Shown here: piece by piece, positions 17,301 through 33,400 of the stretch
Numbering within the stretch: the stretch's first letter is position 1
Layout: every line of letters starts with the position of its first letter
Assembly: GCF_009914755.1 (NCBI RefSeq)
Contig: NC_060937.1
DNA: 64,000 nt
Direction: 5' to 3' (one strand)
DNA from: the human T2T-CHM13v2.0 reference genome, Homo sapiens
The notes under the pieces: model-generated
Told to the model about the DNA's origin: nothing
Database searches by the model: none
Seen by the model: the letters and a program-made list of their open reading frames with translations, nothing else
Translations under genes and position numbers: made by a program

Positions 17301-18793
17301 TGTATTGTGTACATAAAATATGAAAATAACCAAACATTTATAATAAACTGTACATAAAATATCAAAGTACTCAAACTTTATATTATATACTGTACATAAA
17401 GTATCAAAGTACCCAAACTGTGTAGTATATACTGTACATAAAATATCAAGGTACCCAAAATGTATATTGTAAACTGTAGATAAAATATCAAAGTACCCAA
17501 AATATATATTATATACTGTACATAAAATATGAAGGCACATCCAATATATATTATATTCTGTACATAAAATATCAAAGTACACCAAATGTATATTATATAC
17601 TGTACATAAAATATAAAACTACCCCAAATATATATTATATACTCTACATAAAATATCAAAGTACCCAAAATATATATTATATACTGTACATAATATATCA
17701 AAGTACCCATAGTATGTATTATATCCTGTACATAAAATATGAAAGTACGTCAAATATATATTCTATTCTGCACATAAAATATCATATTGCACCAAATATA
17801 TATTGTATACTGTATATAAAATATGAAGGTACTTCAAATATATATTATATGCTGCACATAAAATATCAAAGTACCCAAAGTATGCATTATATACTGTACA
17901 TAAAATATCAAAGTACCCAAAGTGTATATTATATACTGTACATAAAATATGAAGGTTCATCAAATATATTTTATATTCTGCACATAATATATCAAAGTAC
18001 AGCAAATATATATTATATACTGTACATAAAATAACAAAGTAACAAAAATATGTATTATATACTGTACATAAAATATGAAAGTAACCAAATATTTATAATA
18101 AACTGTATATAAAATATCAAAGTACTCAAACTACATATTATATACAGTATATAAAATATCAAAGTACCCAAACTATATATTATATACTGTACATACTATA
18201 TCAAAGTACCCGAATATAGAGCATACTGTACATAAAATATCAAATTACCCAAAATATATATTGTATACTGTACATAAAATATGAAGGTACATCAAAGATA
18301 TATTATATTCTGTACATAAAATATCAAAGTACACCAAATATATATTATATGCTGTACAGAATATATTAAAGTCGACCAAATGTATATTATATAGTGTACA
18401 TAAAATATGAAGGTACATCAAATATATATTATATGCTGCACATAAAATATCAAAGTACCCAAAGTATGTATTATATACTGTACATAAAATATCAAAGTAC
18501 CCAAAGTATATATTATATACTGTACATAAAATATAAAATACCCCAAATATATATTATATGCTGTACATAAAATATCAAAGTACACAAAATATGCATTATG
18601 TACTGTACATAAATTATCAAAGGACCCAAAATATATATTATATAGTGTACATAAAATATCAAAATACCCAAAATATATATTATATACTGTACATAAAATA
18701 CCAAAGTACCCAAAGTATATATTATATACTGTATAAAAAATATCAAAGTAGCCAAAATATGTATTATACACTGTACATAATATATGAAAGTAC

Positions 18794-21700
18794 CCAAACA
18801 TTTATAATAAACTGTACATAAAATATCAATGTACTCAAATTATATATTATGTGCGGTACTTAAGATATCAAAGTACCCATACTATATAGTATGTACTGTA
18901 CTTAAAATATCAAAATACCCAAAATATATATTATATACGTTACATAAACTATCAAATACACAAAGTATGTATTACATACTGTACATAAAATAGCAAAGTT
19001 CCCAAAATATGTATTATATACTGTACATAAAATATGAAAGTAACCAACCATTTATAATAAACTCTACATAAAATACCAAAGTACCCAAACTGTGTATTAT
19101 ATACTCTCCATAAAATAGCAAAGTACCCAAAATATATATTGTCAACTGTACATAAAATATCAAAGTAGCCAAAATATATATAGTATACCGTACATAAAAT
19201 ATAAAAGTACCCCAAATATGTATTATATACTGTACATAAAATATCAAAGTACCGATAATACATATTATATAGTGTACATAAAATATCAGAGGACCCAAAA
19301 TAAACATTATATACTGTACATAAAATATCCAAATACTCAAAATATATATTACATACTGTACATAAAATATCAAAGTACCCAAATTATGTATTATATACTG
19401 TACATAAAATATCAGAGTACCCAAAATATGCATTATATACTGTACATAAAATATGAAAGTAACAAAACATTTATAATAAACTGTACATAAAATATCAAAG
19501 TACTCAAACTATATATCATATACTGTACATAAAATATCAAAGTACCCAAACTGTGTATTATTATATACTGTATATAAAATATCAAAGTACCTGAAATATA
19601 TACTGTATACTGTACATAAAATATCAAAGTACCCAAAATATATACTATATACTGTACATAAAATATGAAGGTACATCAAATATATATTATATCCTGTACA
19701 TAAAATATCAAAGTACACCTATTATATATTGTGTACTGTACATAATATATTAAATCGCCCAAATATATATTGTATACTGTATATAAAATATGAAGGTACT
19801 TCAAATATATATTATATGCTGCACATAAAATATCAAAGTACCCAAAGTATGCATTACATACTGTACATAAAATATCAACGTACACATATTATCTATTATA
19901 TAATGTACATAAAATATGAAGGTTCATCAAATATATATTATATTCTGTACATAATATATCAAAGTACATCAAATATATATTATATACTGTACATAAAATA
20001 TCAAAGTACCAAAAATATGTATTATATACTGTACATAAAATATGAAAGTAACCAAACATTTATAATATACTGTACATAAAATATCAAAGTACTCAGTCTA
20101 CATATTACATACAGTATATAAAATATCAAAGTACACACACTGTATATTATATACTGTACATAATATATCAAAGTACCCAGAATATATAACATACTGTACA
20201 TAAAATATCAAAGTACCCGAAATATATATGGTATACTGTACATAAAATATGAAGGTACATCAAAGATATATTATATTCTCTACATAAAATATCAAACTAC
20301 ACCAAATATATATTATATGCTGTACATAATATATTAAAGTTGCCCAAATACACATTCTATACTGTACATAAAATATGAACGTACATCAAATATATAGTAT
20401 ATGCTGCACATAAAATATCAAAGTACCCAAAGTATGTATTATACACTGTACATAAAATATCAAAGTACCAAAAGTATATATTACATACTGTAAATAAAAT
20501 ATGAAGGTACCTCAAATATATATTATATTCTGTACATAAAATATCAAAGTCCACCAAGTATATACTATATACTCTGCATAAAATATTAAATTACCCAAAA
20601 TATGTATTGCATTGTGTACATAAAATATGAAAGTAACCAAACATTTATAATAAACTGTACATAAAATATCAAAGTCCTCAAACTGTATATTATATACTGT
20701 ACATAAAGTATCAAAGTACCCAAACTGTGTAGTATATACTGTACATAAAATATCAAGGTACCCAAAATATATATTGTAAACTGTAGATTAAATATCAAAG
20801 TACCCAAAATATATATTATATACTGTACATAAAATATGAAGGCACATCCAATATATACTATATTCTGTACATAAAATATCAAAGTACACCAAATGTATAT
20901 TATATACTGTACATAAAATATCAAAGTACCCAAAGTGTATATTATATACTGTACATAAAATATGAAGGTTCATCAAATATATTTTATATTCTGCACAAAA
21001 TATATCAAAGTACAGCAAATATATATTATATACTGTACATAAAATATCAAAGTACCCAAAATATGTATTATATACTGTACATAAAATATGAAAGTAACCA
21101 AACATTTATAATAAACTTTACATAAAGTATCAAAGTACTCAAACTACATATTATATACAGTATATAAAATATCAAAGTACCCCAACTGTATATTATATAC
21201 TGTACATAATATATAAAGGTACCCAAATATATAGCATACTGTACATAAAATATCAAAGTACCCAAAATATATATTATATACTGTACATAAAATATCAAAA
21301 TACCCAAAATATATATTATATACTGTACATAAATTACCAAAGTACCCAAAGTATATATTATGTAACGTACAAAAAATATCAAAGTAGCCAAAATATGTAT
21401 TATACACTGTACTTAATATATGAAAGTACCCAAACATTTATAATAAACTGTAAATAAAATATCAATGTACTCAAACTATATATTATGTGCGGTACATAAG
21501 ATATCAAAGTACCCATGCTATATAGTATATACTGTACTTAAAATATCAAAATACCCAAAATATATATTATATACGTTACATAAACTATCAAATACACAAA
21601 GTATGTATTATATACTGTACATAAAATAGCAAAGTTCCCAAAATATGTATTATATACTGTACATAAAATATGAAAGTACCCAACCATTTATAATAAACTC

Positions 21701-24700
21701 TACATAAAATACCAAAGTACCCAAACTGTGTATTATATACTGTCCATAAAATATCAAAGGACCCAAAATATATATCGTAAACTCTACATAAAATATCAAA
21801 GTAGCCAAAATACATATTGTATACTGTACATAAAATATAAAAGTACCCCAAATATATATTATATACTGTACATAAAATATCAAAGTACCCATAATACATA
21901 TTATATACTGTACATAAAATATCAAAGGACCCAAAATAAACATTATATACTGTACATAAAATATCCAAATACTCAAAATATATATTACATACTGTACATA
22001 AAATATCAAAGTACCCAAATTATGTATTATATACTGTATATAAAATATCAGAGTACCCAAAATATGCATTATATACTGTACATAAAATATGAAGGTACAT
22101 CAAATATATAGTATATGCTGCACATAAAATATCAAAGTACCCAAAGTATGTATTATATACTGTACATAAAATATCAAAGTACCAAAAGTATATATTACCT
22201 ACTGTAAATAAAATATGAAGATACCTCAAATATATATTATATTCTGTACATAAAATATCAAAGTGCACCAAGTATATACTATATACTCTACATAAAATAT
22301 TAAATTACCCAAAATATGTATTGTATTGTGTACATAAAATATGAAAGTAACCAAACATTTATAATAAACTGTACATAAAATATCAATGTACTCAAATTAT
22401 ATATTATGTGCGGTACTTAAGATATCAAAGTACCCATACTATATAGTATGTACTGTACTTAAAATATCAAAATACCCAAAATATATATTATATACGTTAC
22501 ATAAACTATCAAATACACAAAGTATGTATTACATACTGTACATAAAATAGCAAAGTTCCCAAAATATGTATTATATACTGTACATAAAATATGAAAGTAA
22601 CCAACCATTTATAATAAACTCTACATAAAATACCAAAGTACCCAAACTGTGTATTATATACTCTCCATAAAATAGCAAAGTACCCAAAATATATATTGTC
22701 AACTGTACATAAAATATCAAAGTAGCCAAAATATATATAGTATACCGTACATAAAATATAAAAGTACCCCAAATATGTATTATATACTGTACATAAAATA
22801 TCAAAGTACCGATAATACATATTATATAGTGTACATAAAATATCAGAGGACCCAAAATAAACATTATATACTGTACATAAAATATCCAAATACTCAAAAT
22901 ATATATTACATACTGTACATAAAATATCAAAGTACCCAAATTATGTATTATATACTGTACATAAAATATCAGAGTACCCAAAATATGCATTATATACTGT
23001 ACATAAAATATGAAAGTAACAAAACATTTATAATAAACTGTACATAAAATATCAAAGTACTCAAACTATATATCATATACTGTACATAAAATATCAAAGT
23101 ACCCAAACTGTGTATTATTATATACTGTATATAAAATATCAAAGTACCTGAAATATATACTGTATACTGTACATAAAATATCAAAGTACCCAAAATATAT
23201 ACTATATACTGTACATAAAATATGAAGGTACATCAAATATATATTATATCCTGTACATAAAATATCAAAGTACACCTATTATATATTGTGTACTGTACAT
23301 AATATATTAAATCGCCCAAATATATATTGTATACTGTATATAAAATATGAAGGTACTTCAAATATATATTATATGCTGCACATAAAATATCAAAGTACCC
23401 AAAGTATGCATTACATACTGTACATAAAATATCAACGTACACATATTATCTATTATATAATGTACATAAAATATGAAGGTTCATCAAATATATATTATAT
23501 TCTGTACATAATATATCAAAGTACATCAAATATATATTATATACTGTACATAAAATATCAAAGTACCAAAAATATGTATTATATACTGTACATAAAATAT
23601 GAAAGTAACCAAACATTTATAATATACTGTACATAAAATATCAAAGTACTCAGTCTACATATTACATACAGTATATAAAATATCAAAGTACACACACTGT
23701 ATATTATATACTGTACATAATATATCAAAGTACCCAGAATATATAACATACTGTACATAAAATATCAAAGTACCCGAAATATATATGGTATACTGTACAT
23801 AAAATAGAAAGGTACATCAAAGATATATTATATTCTGTACATAAAATATCAAACTACACCAAATATATATTATATGCTGTACATAATATATTAAAGTTGC
23901 CCAAATACACATTCTATACTGTACATAAAATATGAACGTACATCAAATATATAGTATATGCTGCACATAAAATATCAAAGTACCCAAAGTATGTATTATA
24001 CACTGTACATAAAATATCAAAGTACCAAAAGTATATATTACATACTGTAAATAAAATATGAAGGTACCTCAAATATATATTATATTCTGTACATAAAATA
24101 TCAAAGTCCACCAAGTATATACTATATACTCTGCATAAAATATTAAATTACCCAAAATATGTATTGCATTGTGTACATAAAATATGAAAGTAACCAAACA
24201 TTTATAATAAACTGTACATAAAATATCAAAGTCCTCAAACTGTATATTATATACTGTACATAAAGTATCAAAGTACCCAAACTGTGTAGTATATACTGTA
24301 CATAAAATATCAAGGTACCCAAAATATATATTGTAAACTGTAGATTAAATATCAAAGTACCCAAAATATATATTATATACTGTACATAAAATATGAAGGC
24401 ACATCCAATATATACTATATTCTGTACATAAAATATCAAAGTACACCAAATGTATATTATATACTGTACATAAAATATCAAAGTACCCAAAGTGTATATT
24501 ATATACTGTACATAAAATATGAAGGTTCATCAAATATATTTTATATTCTGCACAAAATATATCAAAGTACAGCAAATATATATTATATACTGTACATAAA
24601 ATATCAAAGTACCCAAAATATGTATTATATACTGTACATAAAATATGAAAGTAACCAAACATTTATAATAAACTTTACATAAAGTATCAAAGTACTCAAA

Positions 24701-25907
24701 CTACATATTATATACAGTATATAAAATATCAAAGTACCCCAACTGTATATTATATACTGTACATAATATATAAAGGTACCCAAATATATAGCATACTGTA
24801 CATAAAATATCAAAGTACCCAAAATATATATTATATACTGTACATAAAATATCAAAATACCCAAAATATATATTATATACTGTACATAAATTACCAAAGT
24901 ACCCAAAGTATATATTATGTAACGTACAAAAAATATCAAAGTAGCCAAAATATGTATTATACACTGTACTTAATATATGAAAGTACCCAAACATTTATAA
25001 TAAACTGTAAATAAAATATCAATGTACTCAAACTATATATTATGTGCGGTACATAAGATATCAAAGTACCCATGCTATATAGTATATACTGTACTTAAAA
25101 TATCAAAATACCCAAAATATATATTATATACGTTACATAAACTATCAAATACACAAAGTATGTATTATATACTGTACATAAAATAGCAAAGTTCCCAAAA
25201 TATGTATTATATACTGTACATAAAATATGAAAGTACCCAACCATTTATAATAAACTCTACATAAAATACCAAAGTACCCAAACTGTGTATTATATACTGT
25301 CCATAAAATATCAAAGGACCCAAAATATATATCGTAAACTCTACATAAAATATCAAAGTAGCCAAAATACATATTGTATACTGTACATAAAATATAAAAG
25401 TACCCCAAATATATATTATATACTGTACATAAAATATCAAAGTACCCATAATACATATTATATACTGTACATAAAATATCAAAGGACCCAAAATAAACAT
25501 TATATACTGTACATAAAATATCCAAATACTCAAAATATATATTACATACTGTACATAAAATATCAAAGTACCCAAATTATGTATTATATACTGTATATAA
25601 AATATCAGAGTACCCAAAATATGCATTATATACTGTACATAAAATATGAAGGTACATCAAATATATAGTATATGCTGCACATAAAATATCAAAGTACCCA
25701 AAGTATGTATTATATACTGTACATAAAATATCAAAGTACCAAAAGTATATATTACCTACTGTAAATAAAATATGAAGATACCTCAAATATATATTATATT
25801 CTGTACATAAAATATCAAAGTGCACCAAGTATATACTATATACTCTACATAAAATATTAAATTACCCAAAATATGTATTGTATTGTGTACATAAAATATG
25901 AAAGTAA
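18794..25907 (+). repeat. Recent near-identical 3,557-bp tandem duplication (18794-22350 / 22351-25907)
   Basis: Markers 18851/22408 and 21487/25044 and all ORFs (18952/22509 ... 22020/25577) are offset by 3557 with identical translations. Private variants are shared (TAGATTAAAT, AACTTTACAT, TATCGTAAAC, CCATGCTATA). Confidence 0.93.
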
Positions 25908-27427
25908 CCAAACATTTATAATAAACTGTACATAAAATATCAAAGTACTCAAACTTTATATTATATACTGTACATAAAGTATCAAAGTACCCAAACTGTG
26001 TAGTATATACTGTACATGAAATATCAAGGTACCCAAAATGTATATTGTAAAGTGTAGATAAAATATCAAAGTACCCAAAATATATATTATATACTGTACA
26101 TAAAATATGAAGGCACATCCAATATATATTATATTCTGTACATAAAATATCAAAGTACACCAAATGTATATTATATACTGTACATAAAATATAAAACTAC
26201 CCCAAATATATCTTATATACTCTACATAAAATATCAAAGTACCCAAAATATATATTATATACTGTACATAAAATATCAAAGTACCCATAGTATGTATTAT
26301 ATCCTGTACATAAAATATGAAGGTACATCAAATATATATTCTATTCTGCACATAAAATATCATATTGCACCAAATATATATTGTATACTGTATATAAAAT
26401 ATGAAGGTACTTCAAATATATATTATATGCTGCACATAAAATATCAAAGTACCCAAAGTATGCATTATATACTGTACATAAAATATCAAAGTACCCAAAG
26501 TGTATATTATATACTGTACATAAAATATGAAGGTTCATCTAATATATTTTATATTCTGCACATAATATATCAAAGTACAGCAAATATATATTATATATTG
26601 TACATAAAATAACAAAGTACCAAAAATATGTATTATATACTGTACATAAAATATGAAAGTAACCAAATATTTATAATAAACTGTATATAAAATATCAAAG
26701 TACTCAAACTACATATTATATACAGTATATAAAATATCAAAGTACCCAAACTATATATTATATACTGTACATACTATATCAAAGTACCCAAATATATAGC
26801 ATACTGTCCATAAAATATCAAAGTACCCAAAATATATATTGTATACTGTACATAAAATATGAAGGTACATCAAAGATATATTATATCCTGTACATAAAAT
26901 ATCAAAGTACACCAAATATATATTATATGCTGTACATAATATATTAAAGTCGACCAAATATATATTATATACTGTACATAAAATATGAAGGTACCTCAAC
27001 TATATATTATATGCTGCACATAAATTATCAAATTACCCAAAGTATGTATTATATACTGTACATAAAATATCAAAGTACCCAAAGTATATATTATATACTG
27101 TACATAAAATATAAAATACCCCAAATATATATTATATGCTGTACATAAAATATCAAAGTACACAAAATATGTATTATGTACTGTACATACAATATAAAGG
27201 ACCCAAAATATATACTATATACTGTACATAAAATATCAAAATACCCAAAATACATATTATATACTGTACATAAAATACCAAAGTACCCAAAGTATATATT
27301 ATATACCGTACAAAAAATATCAAAGTAGCCAAAATATGTATTATACACTGTACATAATATATGAAAGTACCCAAACATTTATAATAAACTGTACATAAAA
27401 TATCAATGTACTCAAACTATGTATTAT

Positions 27428-30400
27428 GTGCGGTACATAACATATCAAAGTATCCATACTATATAGTATGTACTGCACTTAAAATATCAAAATACCCAAA
27501 ATATATATTATATACGTTACATAAACTATCAAATACACAAAGTATGTATTATATACTGTACATAAAATAGCAAAGTTCCCAAAATATGTATTATATACTG
27601 TACATAAAATATGAAAGTACCCAACCATTTATAATAAACTCTACATAAAATACCAAAGTACCCAAACTGTGTATTATATACTGTCCATAAAATATCAAAG
27701 TACCCAAAATATATATTGTAAACTCTACATAAAATATCAAAGTAGCCAAAATACATATTTTATACTGTACATAAAATATGAAATTACCCCAAATATGTAT
27801 TATATACTGTACATAAAATATCAAAGTACCCATAATACATATTATATACTGTACATAAAATATCAAAGGACCCAAAATAAACATTATATACTGTACATAA
27901 AATATCCAAATACTCAAAATATATATTACGTACTGTACATAAAATATCAAAGTACCCAAATTATGTATTATATACTGTACGTAAAATATCAGAGTACCCA
28001 AAATATGCATTATATACTGTACATAAAATATGAAAGTAACAATACATTTATAATAAACTGTACAAAAAATATCAAAGTACTCAAACTATATATCATATAC
28101 TGTACATAAAATATCAAAGTACCCAAACTGTGTATTATTATATACTGTATATAAAATATCAAATACCTGAAATATATATTGTATACTGTACATAAAATAT
28201 CAAAGTACCCAAAATATATACTATATACTGTACATAAAATATGAAGGTACATCAAATATATATTATATCCTGTACATAAAATATCAAAGTACACCTATTA
28301 TATATTGTGTACTGTACATAATATATTAAATCGCCCAAATATATATTGTATACTGTATATAAAATATGAAGGTACTTCAAATATATATTATATGCTGCAC
28401 ATAAAATATCAAAGTACCCAAAGTATGCATTACATACTGTACATAAAATATCAAAGTACACATATTATATATTATATAATGTACATAAAATATGAAGGTT
28501 CATCAAATATATATTATATTCTGTACATAATATATCAAAGTACATAAAATATATATTATATACGGTACATAAAATATCAAAGTACCAAAAATATGTATTA
28601 TATACTGTACATAAAACATGAAAGTAACCAAACATTTATAATAAACTGTACATTAAATATCAAAGTACTCAATGTACATAATATATACAGTATATAAAAT
28701 ATCAAAGTACACAAACTGTATATTATATACTGTACATAATATATCAAAGTACCCAGAATATATAGCATACTGTACATAAAATATCAAAGTACCCAAAATA
28801 TATATTGTATACTGTACTTAAAATATGAAGGTACATCAAAGATATATTATATTCTGTACATAAAATATCAAAGTACACCAAATATATATTATATGCTGTA
28901 CATAGTATATTAAAGTTGCCCGTATATACATTATATACTGTACATAAAATATGAACGTACATCAAATATATAGTATATGCTGCACATAAAATATCAAAGT
29001 ACCCAAAGTATGTATTATACACTGTACATAAAATATCAAAGTACCAAAAGTATATATTACATACTGTAAATAAAATATGAAGGTACCTCAAATATATATT
29101 ATATTCTGTACATAAAATATCAAAGTACACCAAGTATATACTATATACTCTGCATAAAATATTAAATTACCCAAAATATGTATTGTATTGTGTACATAAA
29201 ATATGAAAGTAACCAAACATTTATAATAAACTGTACATAAAATATCAAAATACTCAAACTGTATATTATATACTGTACATAAAGTATCAAAGTACCCAAA
29301 CTGTGTAGTATATACTGTACATAAAATATCAAGGTACCCAAAATATATATTGTAAACTGTAGATAAAATATCAAAGTACCCAAAATATATATTATATACT
29401 GTACATAAAATGTGAAGGCACATCCAATATATATTATATTCTGTACATAAAATATCAAAGTACACCAAATGTATATTATATACTGTACATAAAATATCAA
29501 AGTACCCAAAGTGTATATTATATACTGTACATAAAATATGAAGGTTCATCAAATATATTTTATATTCTGCACATAATATATCAAAGTACAGCAAATATAT
29601 ATTATATACTGTACATAAAATATCAAAGTACCCAAAATATGTATTATATACTGTACATAAAATATGAAAGTAACCAAACATTTATAATAAACTGTACATA
29701 AAGTATCAAAGTACTCAAACTACATATTATATACAGTATATAAAATGTCAAAGTACCCAAACTGTATATTATATACTGTACATAATATATCAAAGTACCC
29801 GAATATATAGCATACTGTACATAAAATATCAAAGTACCCAAAGTGTGTTTTATACACTGCACATAAAATATGAAGGTACATAAAATATATATTGTATTCT
29901 GTACATAAAATATCAAAGTACTCCAAATATATATTATATGCTGTACATAATATATTAAAGTCGCCCAAATATATATTATATACTGTGCATAAAATATGAA
30001 GGTACATCAAATATATATTATATGCTGCACATAAAATATCAAAGTACCCAAAGTATGTGTTATATACTGTACATAAAATATCAAAGTACCCAAAGTATAT
30101 ATTATATACTGTACATAAAATATAAAATACCCCAAATATATATTATATGCTGTACATAAAATATCAAAGTACACAAAATATGTATTATATAGTGTACATA
30201 AAATACCAAAGGACCCAAAATATATATTATATACTGTACATAAAATATCAAAATACCCAAAATATATATTATATACTGTACATAAAATACCAAAGTACCC
30301 AAAGTATATATTATATACCGTACAAAAAATATCAAAGTAGCCAAAATATGTATTATACACTGTACATAATATATGAAAGTACCCAAACATTTATAATAAA

Positions 30401-33400
30401 CTGTACATAAAATATCAATGTACTCAAACTATATATTATGTGCGGTACATAAGATATCAAAGTACCCATACTATATAGTATATACTGTACTTAAAATATC
30501 AAAATACCCAAAATATATATTATATACGTTACATAAACTATCAAGTACACAAAGTATGTATTATATACTGTACATAAAATAGCAAAGTTCCCAAAATATG
30601 TATTATATATATTATAAATATGTACATAAAATATGAAAGTATCCAACCATTTATAATAAACTCTACATAAAACACCAAAGTACCCAAACTGTGTATTATA
30701 TACTGTCCATAAAATATCAAAGTACCCAAAATATATATTGTAAACTGTACATAAAATATCAAAGTAGCCAAAATACATATTGTATACTGTACATAAAATA
30801 TAAAAGTACCCCAAATATATATTATATACTGTACATAAAATATCAAAGTACCCATAATACATATTATATACTGTACATAAAATATCAAAGGACCCAAAAT
30901 AAACATTATATACTGTACATAAAATATCCAAATACTCAAAATATATATTACATACTGTACATAAAATATCAAAGTACCCAAATTATGTATTATATACTGT
31001 ACGTAAAATATCAGAGTACCCAAAATATGCATTATATACTGTACATAAAATATGAAAGTAACAAAACATTTATAATAAACTGTACATAAAATATCAAAGT
31101 ACTCAAACTATATATCATATACTGTACATAAAATATCAAAGTACCCAAAATATATATTGTATACTGTACATAAAATATGAAGGTACATCAAAGATATATT
31201 ATATTCTGTACATAAAATATCAAACTACACCAAATATATATTATATGCTGTACATAATATATCAAAGTTGCCCATATATACATTCTATACTGTACATAAA
31301 ATATGAACGTACATCAAATATATAGTATATGCTGCACATAAAATATCAAAGTACCCAAAGTATGTATTATACACTGTACATAAAATATCAAAGTACCAAA
31401 AGTATATATTACATACTGTAAATAAAATATGAAGGTACCTCAAATATATATTATATTCTATACATAAAATATCAAAGTACACCAAGTATATACTATATAC
31501 TCTGCATAAAATAGTAAATTACCCAAAATATGTATTGCATTGTGTACATAAAATATGAAAGTAACCAAACGTTTATAATAAACTGTACATAAAATATCAA
31601 AGTACTCAAACTGTATATTATATACTGTACATAAAGTATCAAAGTACCCAAACTGTGTAGTATATATTGTACATAAAATACCAAGGTACCCAAAATATAT
31701 ATTGTAAACTGTAGATAAAATATCAAAGTACCCAAAATATATATTATATACTGTACATGAAATATGAAGGCACATCCAATATATATTATACTCTGTACAT
31801 AAAATATCAAAGTACACCAAATGTATATTATATACTGTACATAAAATATGAAAGTACCCAATGTGTATATTATATACTGTACATAAACTATGAAGGTTCA
31901 TCAAATATATTTTATATTCTGCACATAATATATCAAAGTACAGCAAATATATATTATATACTGTACATAAAATATCAAAGTACCCAAAATATGTATTATA
32001 TACTGTACATAAAATATGAAAGTAAGCAAACATTTATAATAAACTGTACATAAAGTATCAAAGTACTCAAACTACATATTATATACAGTATATAAAATAT
32101 CAAAGTACCCAAACTGTATATTATATACTGTACATAATATATCAAAGTACCCGAATATATAGCATACTCCACATAAAATATCAAAGTACCCAAAGTTTGT
32201 ATTATACACTGCACATAAAATATGGAGGTACATCAAAGATATATTATATTCTGTACATAAAATATCCAAGTACACCAAATATATATTATATGCTGTACAT
32301 AATATATTAAAGTCGACCAAATATATATTATATACTGTACATAAAATATGAAGGTACATCAAATATATATTATATGCTGCACATAAAATATCAAAGTACC
32401 CAAAGTATGTGTTATATACTGTACATAAAATATCAAAGTACCCAAAGTATATATTATATACTGTACATAAAATATAAAATACCCCAAATATATATTATAT
32501 GCTCTACATAAAATATCAAAGTACACAAAATATGTATTATATACTGTACATAAAATACCAAAGGACCCAAAATATATATTATATACTGTACATAAAATAT
32601 CAAAATACCCAAAATATATATTATATACTGTACATAAAATACCAAAGTACCCAAAGTATATATTATATACCGTACAAAAAATATCAAAGTAGCCAAAATA
32701 TGTATTATACACTGTACATAATATATGAAAGTACCCAAACATTTATAATAAACTGTACATAAAATATCAATGTACTCAAACTATATATTATGTGCGGTAC
32801 ATAAGATATCAAAGTACCCATACTATATAGTATATACTGTACTTAAAATATCAAAATACCCAAAATATATATTATATACGTTACATAAACTATCACATAC
32901 ACAAAGTATGTATTATATACTGTACATAAAATAGCAAAGTTCCCAAAATATGTATTATATACTGTACATAAAATATGAAAGTACCCAACCATTCATAATA
33001 AAGTCTACATAAAATACCAAAGTACCCAAACTGTGTATTATATACTGTCCATAAAATATCAAAGGACCCAAAATATATATTGTAAACTCTACATAAAATA
33101 TCAAAGTAGCCAAAATACATATTGTATACTGTACATAAAATATAAAAGTACCCGAAATATATATTATATACTGTACATAAAATATCAAAGTACCCATAAT
33201 ACATATTATATACTGTACATAAAATATCAAAGGACCCAAAATAAACATTATATACTGTACATAAAATATCCAAATACTCAAAATATATATTACATACTGT
33301 ACATAAAATATCAAAGTACCCAAATTATGTATTATATACTGTACGTAAAATATCAGAGTACCCAAAATATGCATTATATACTGTACATAAAATATGAAAG

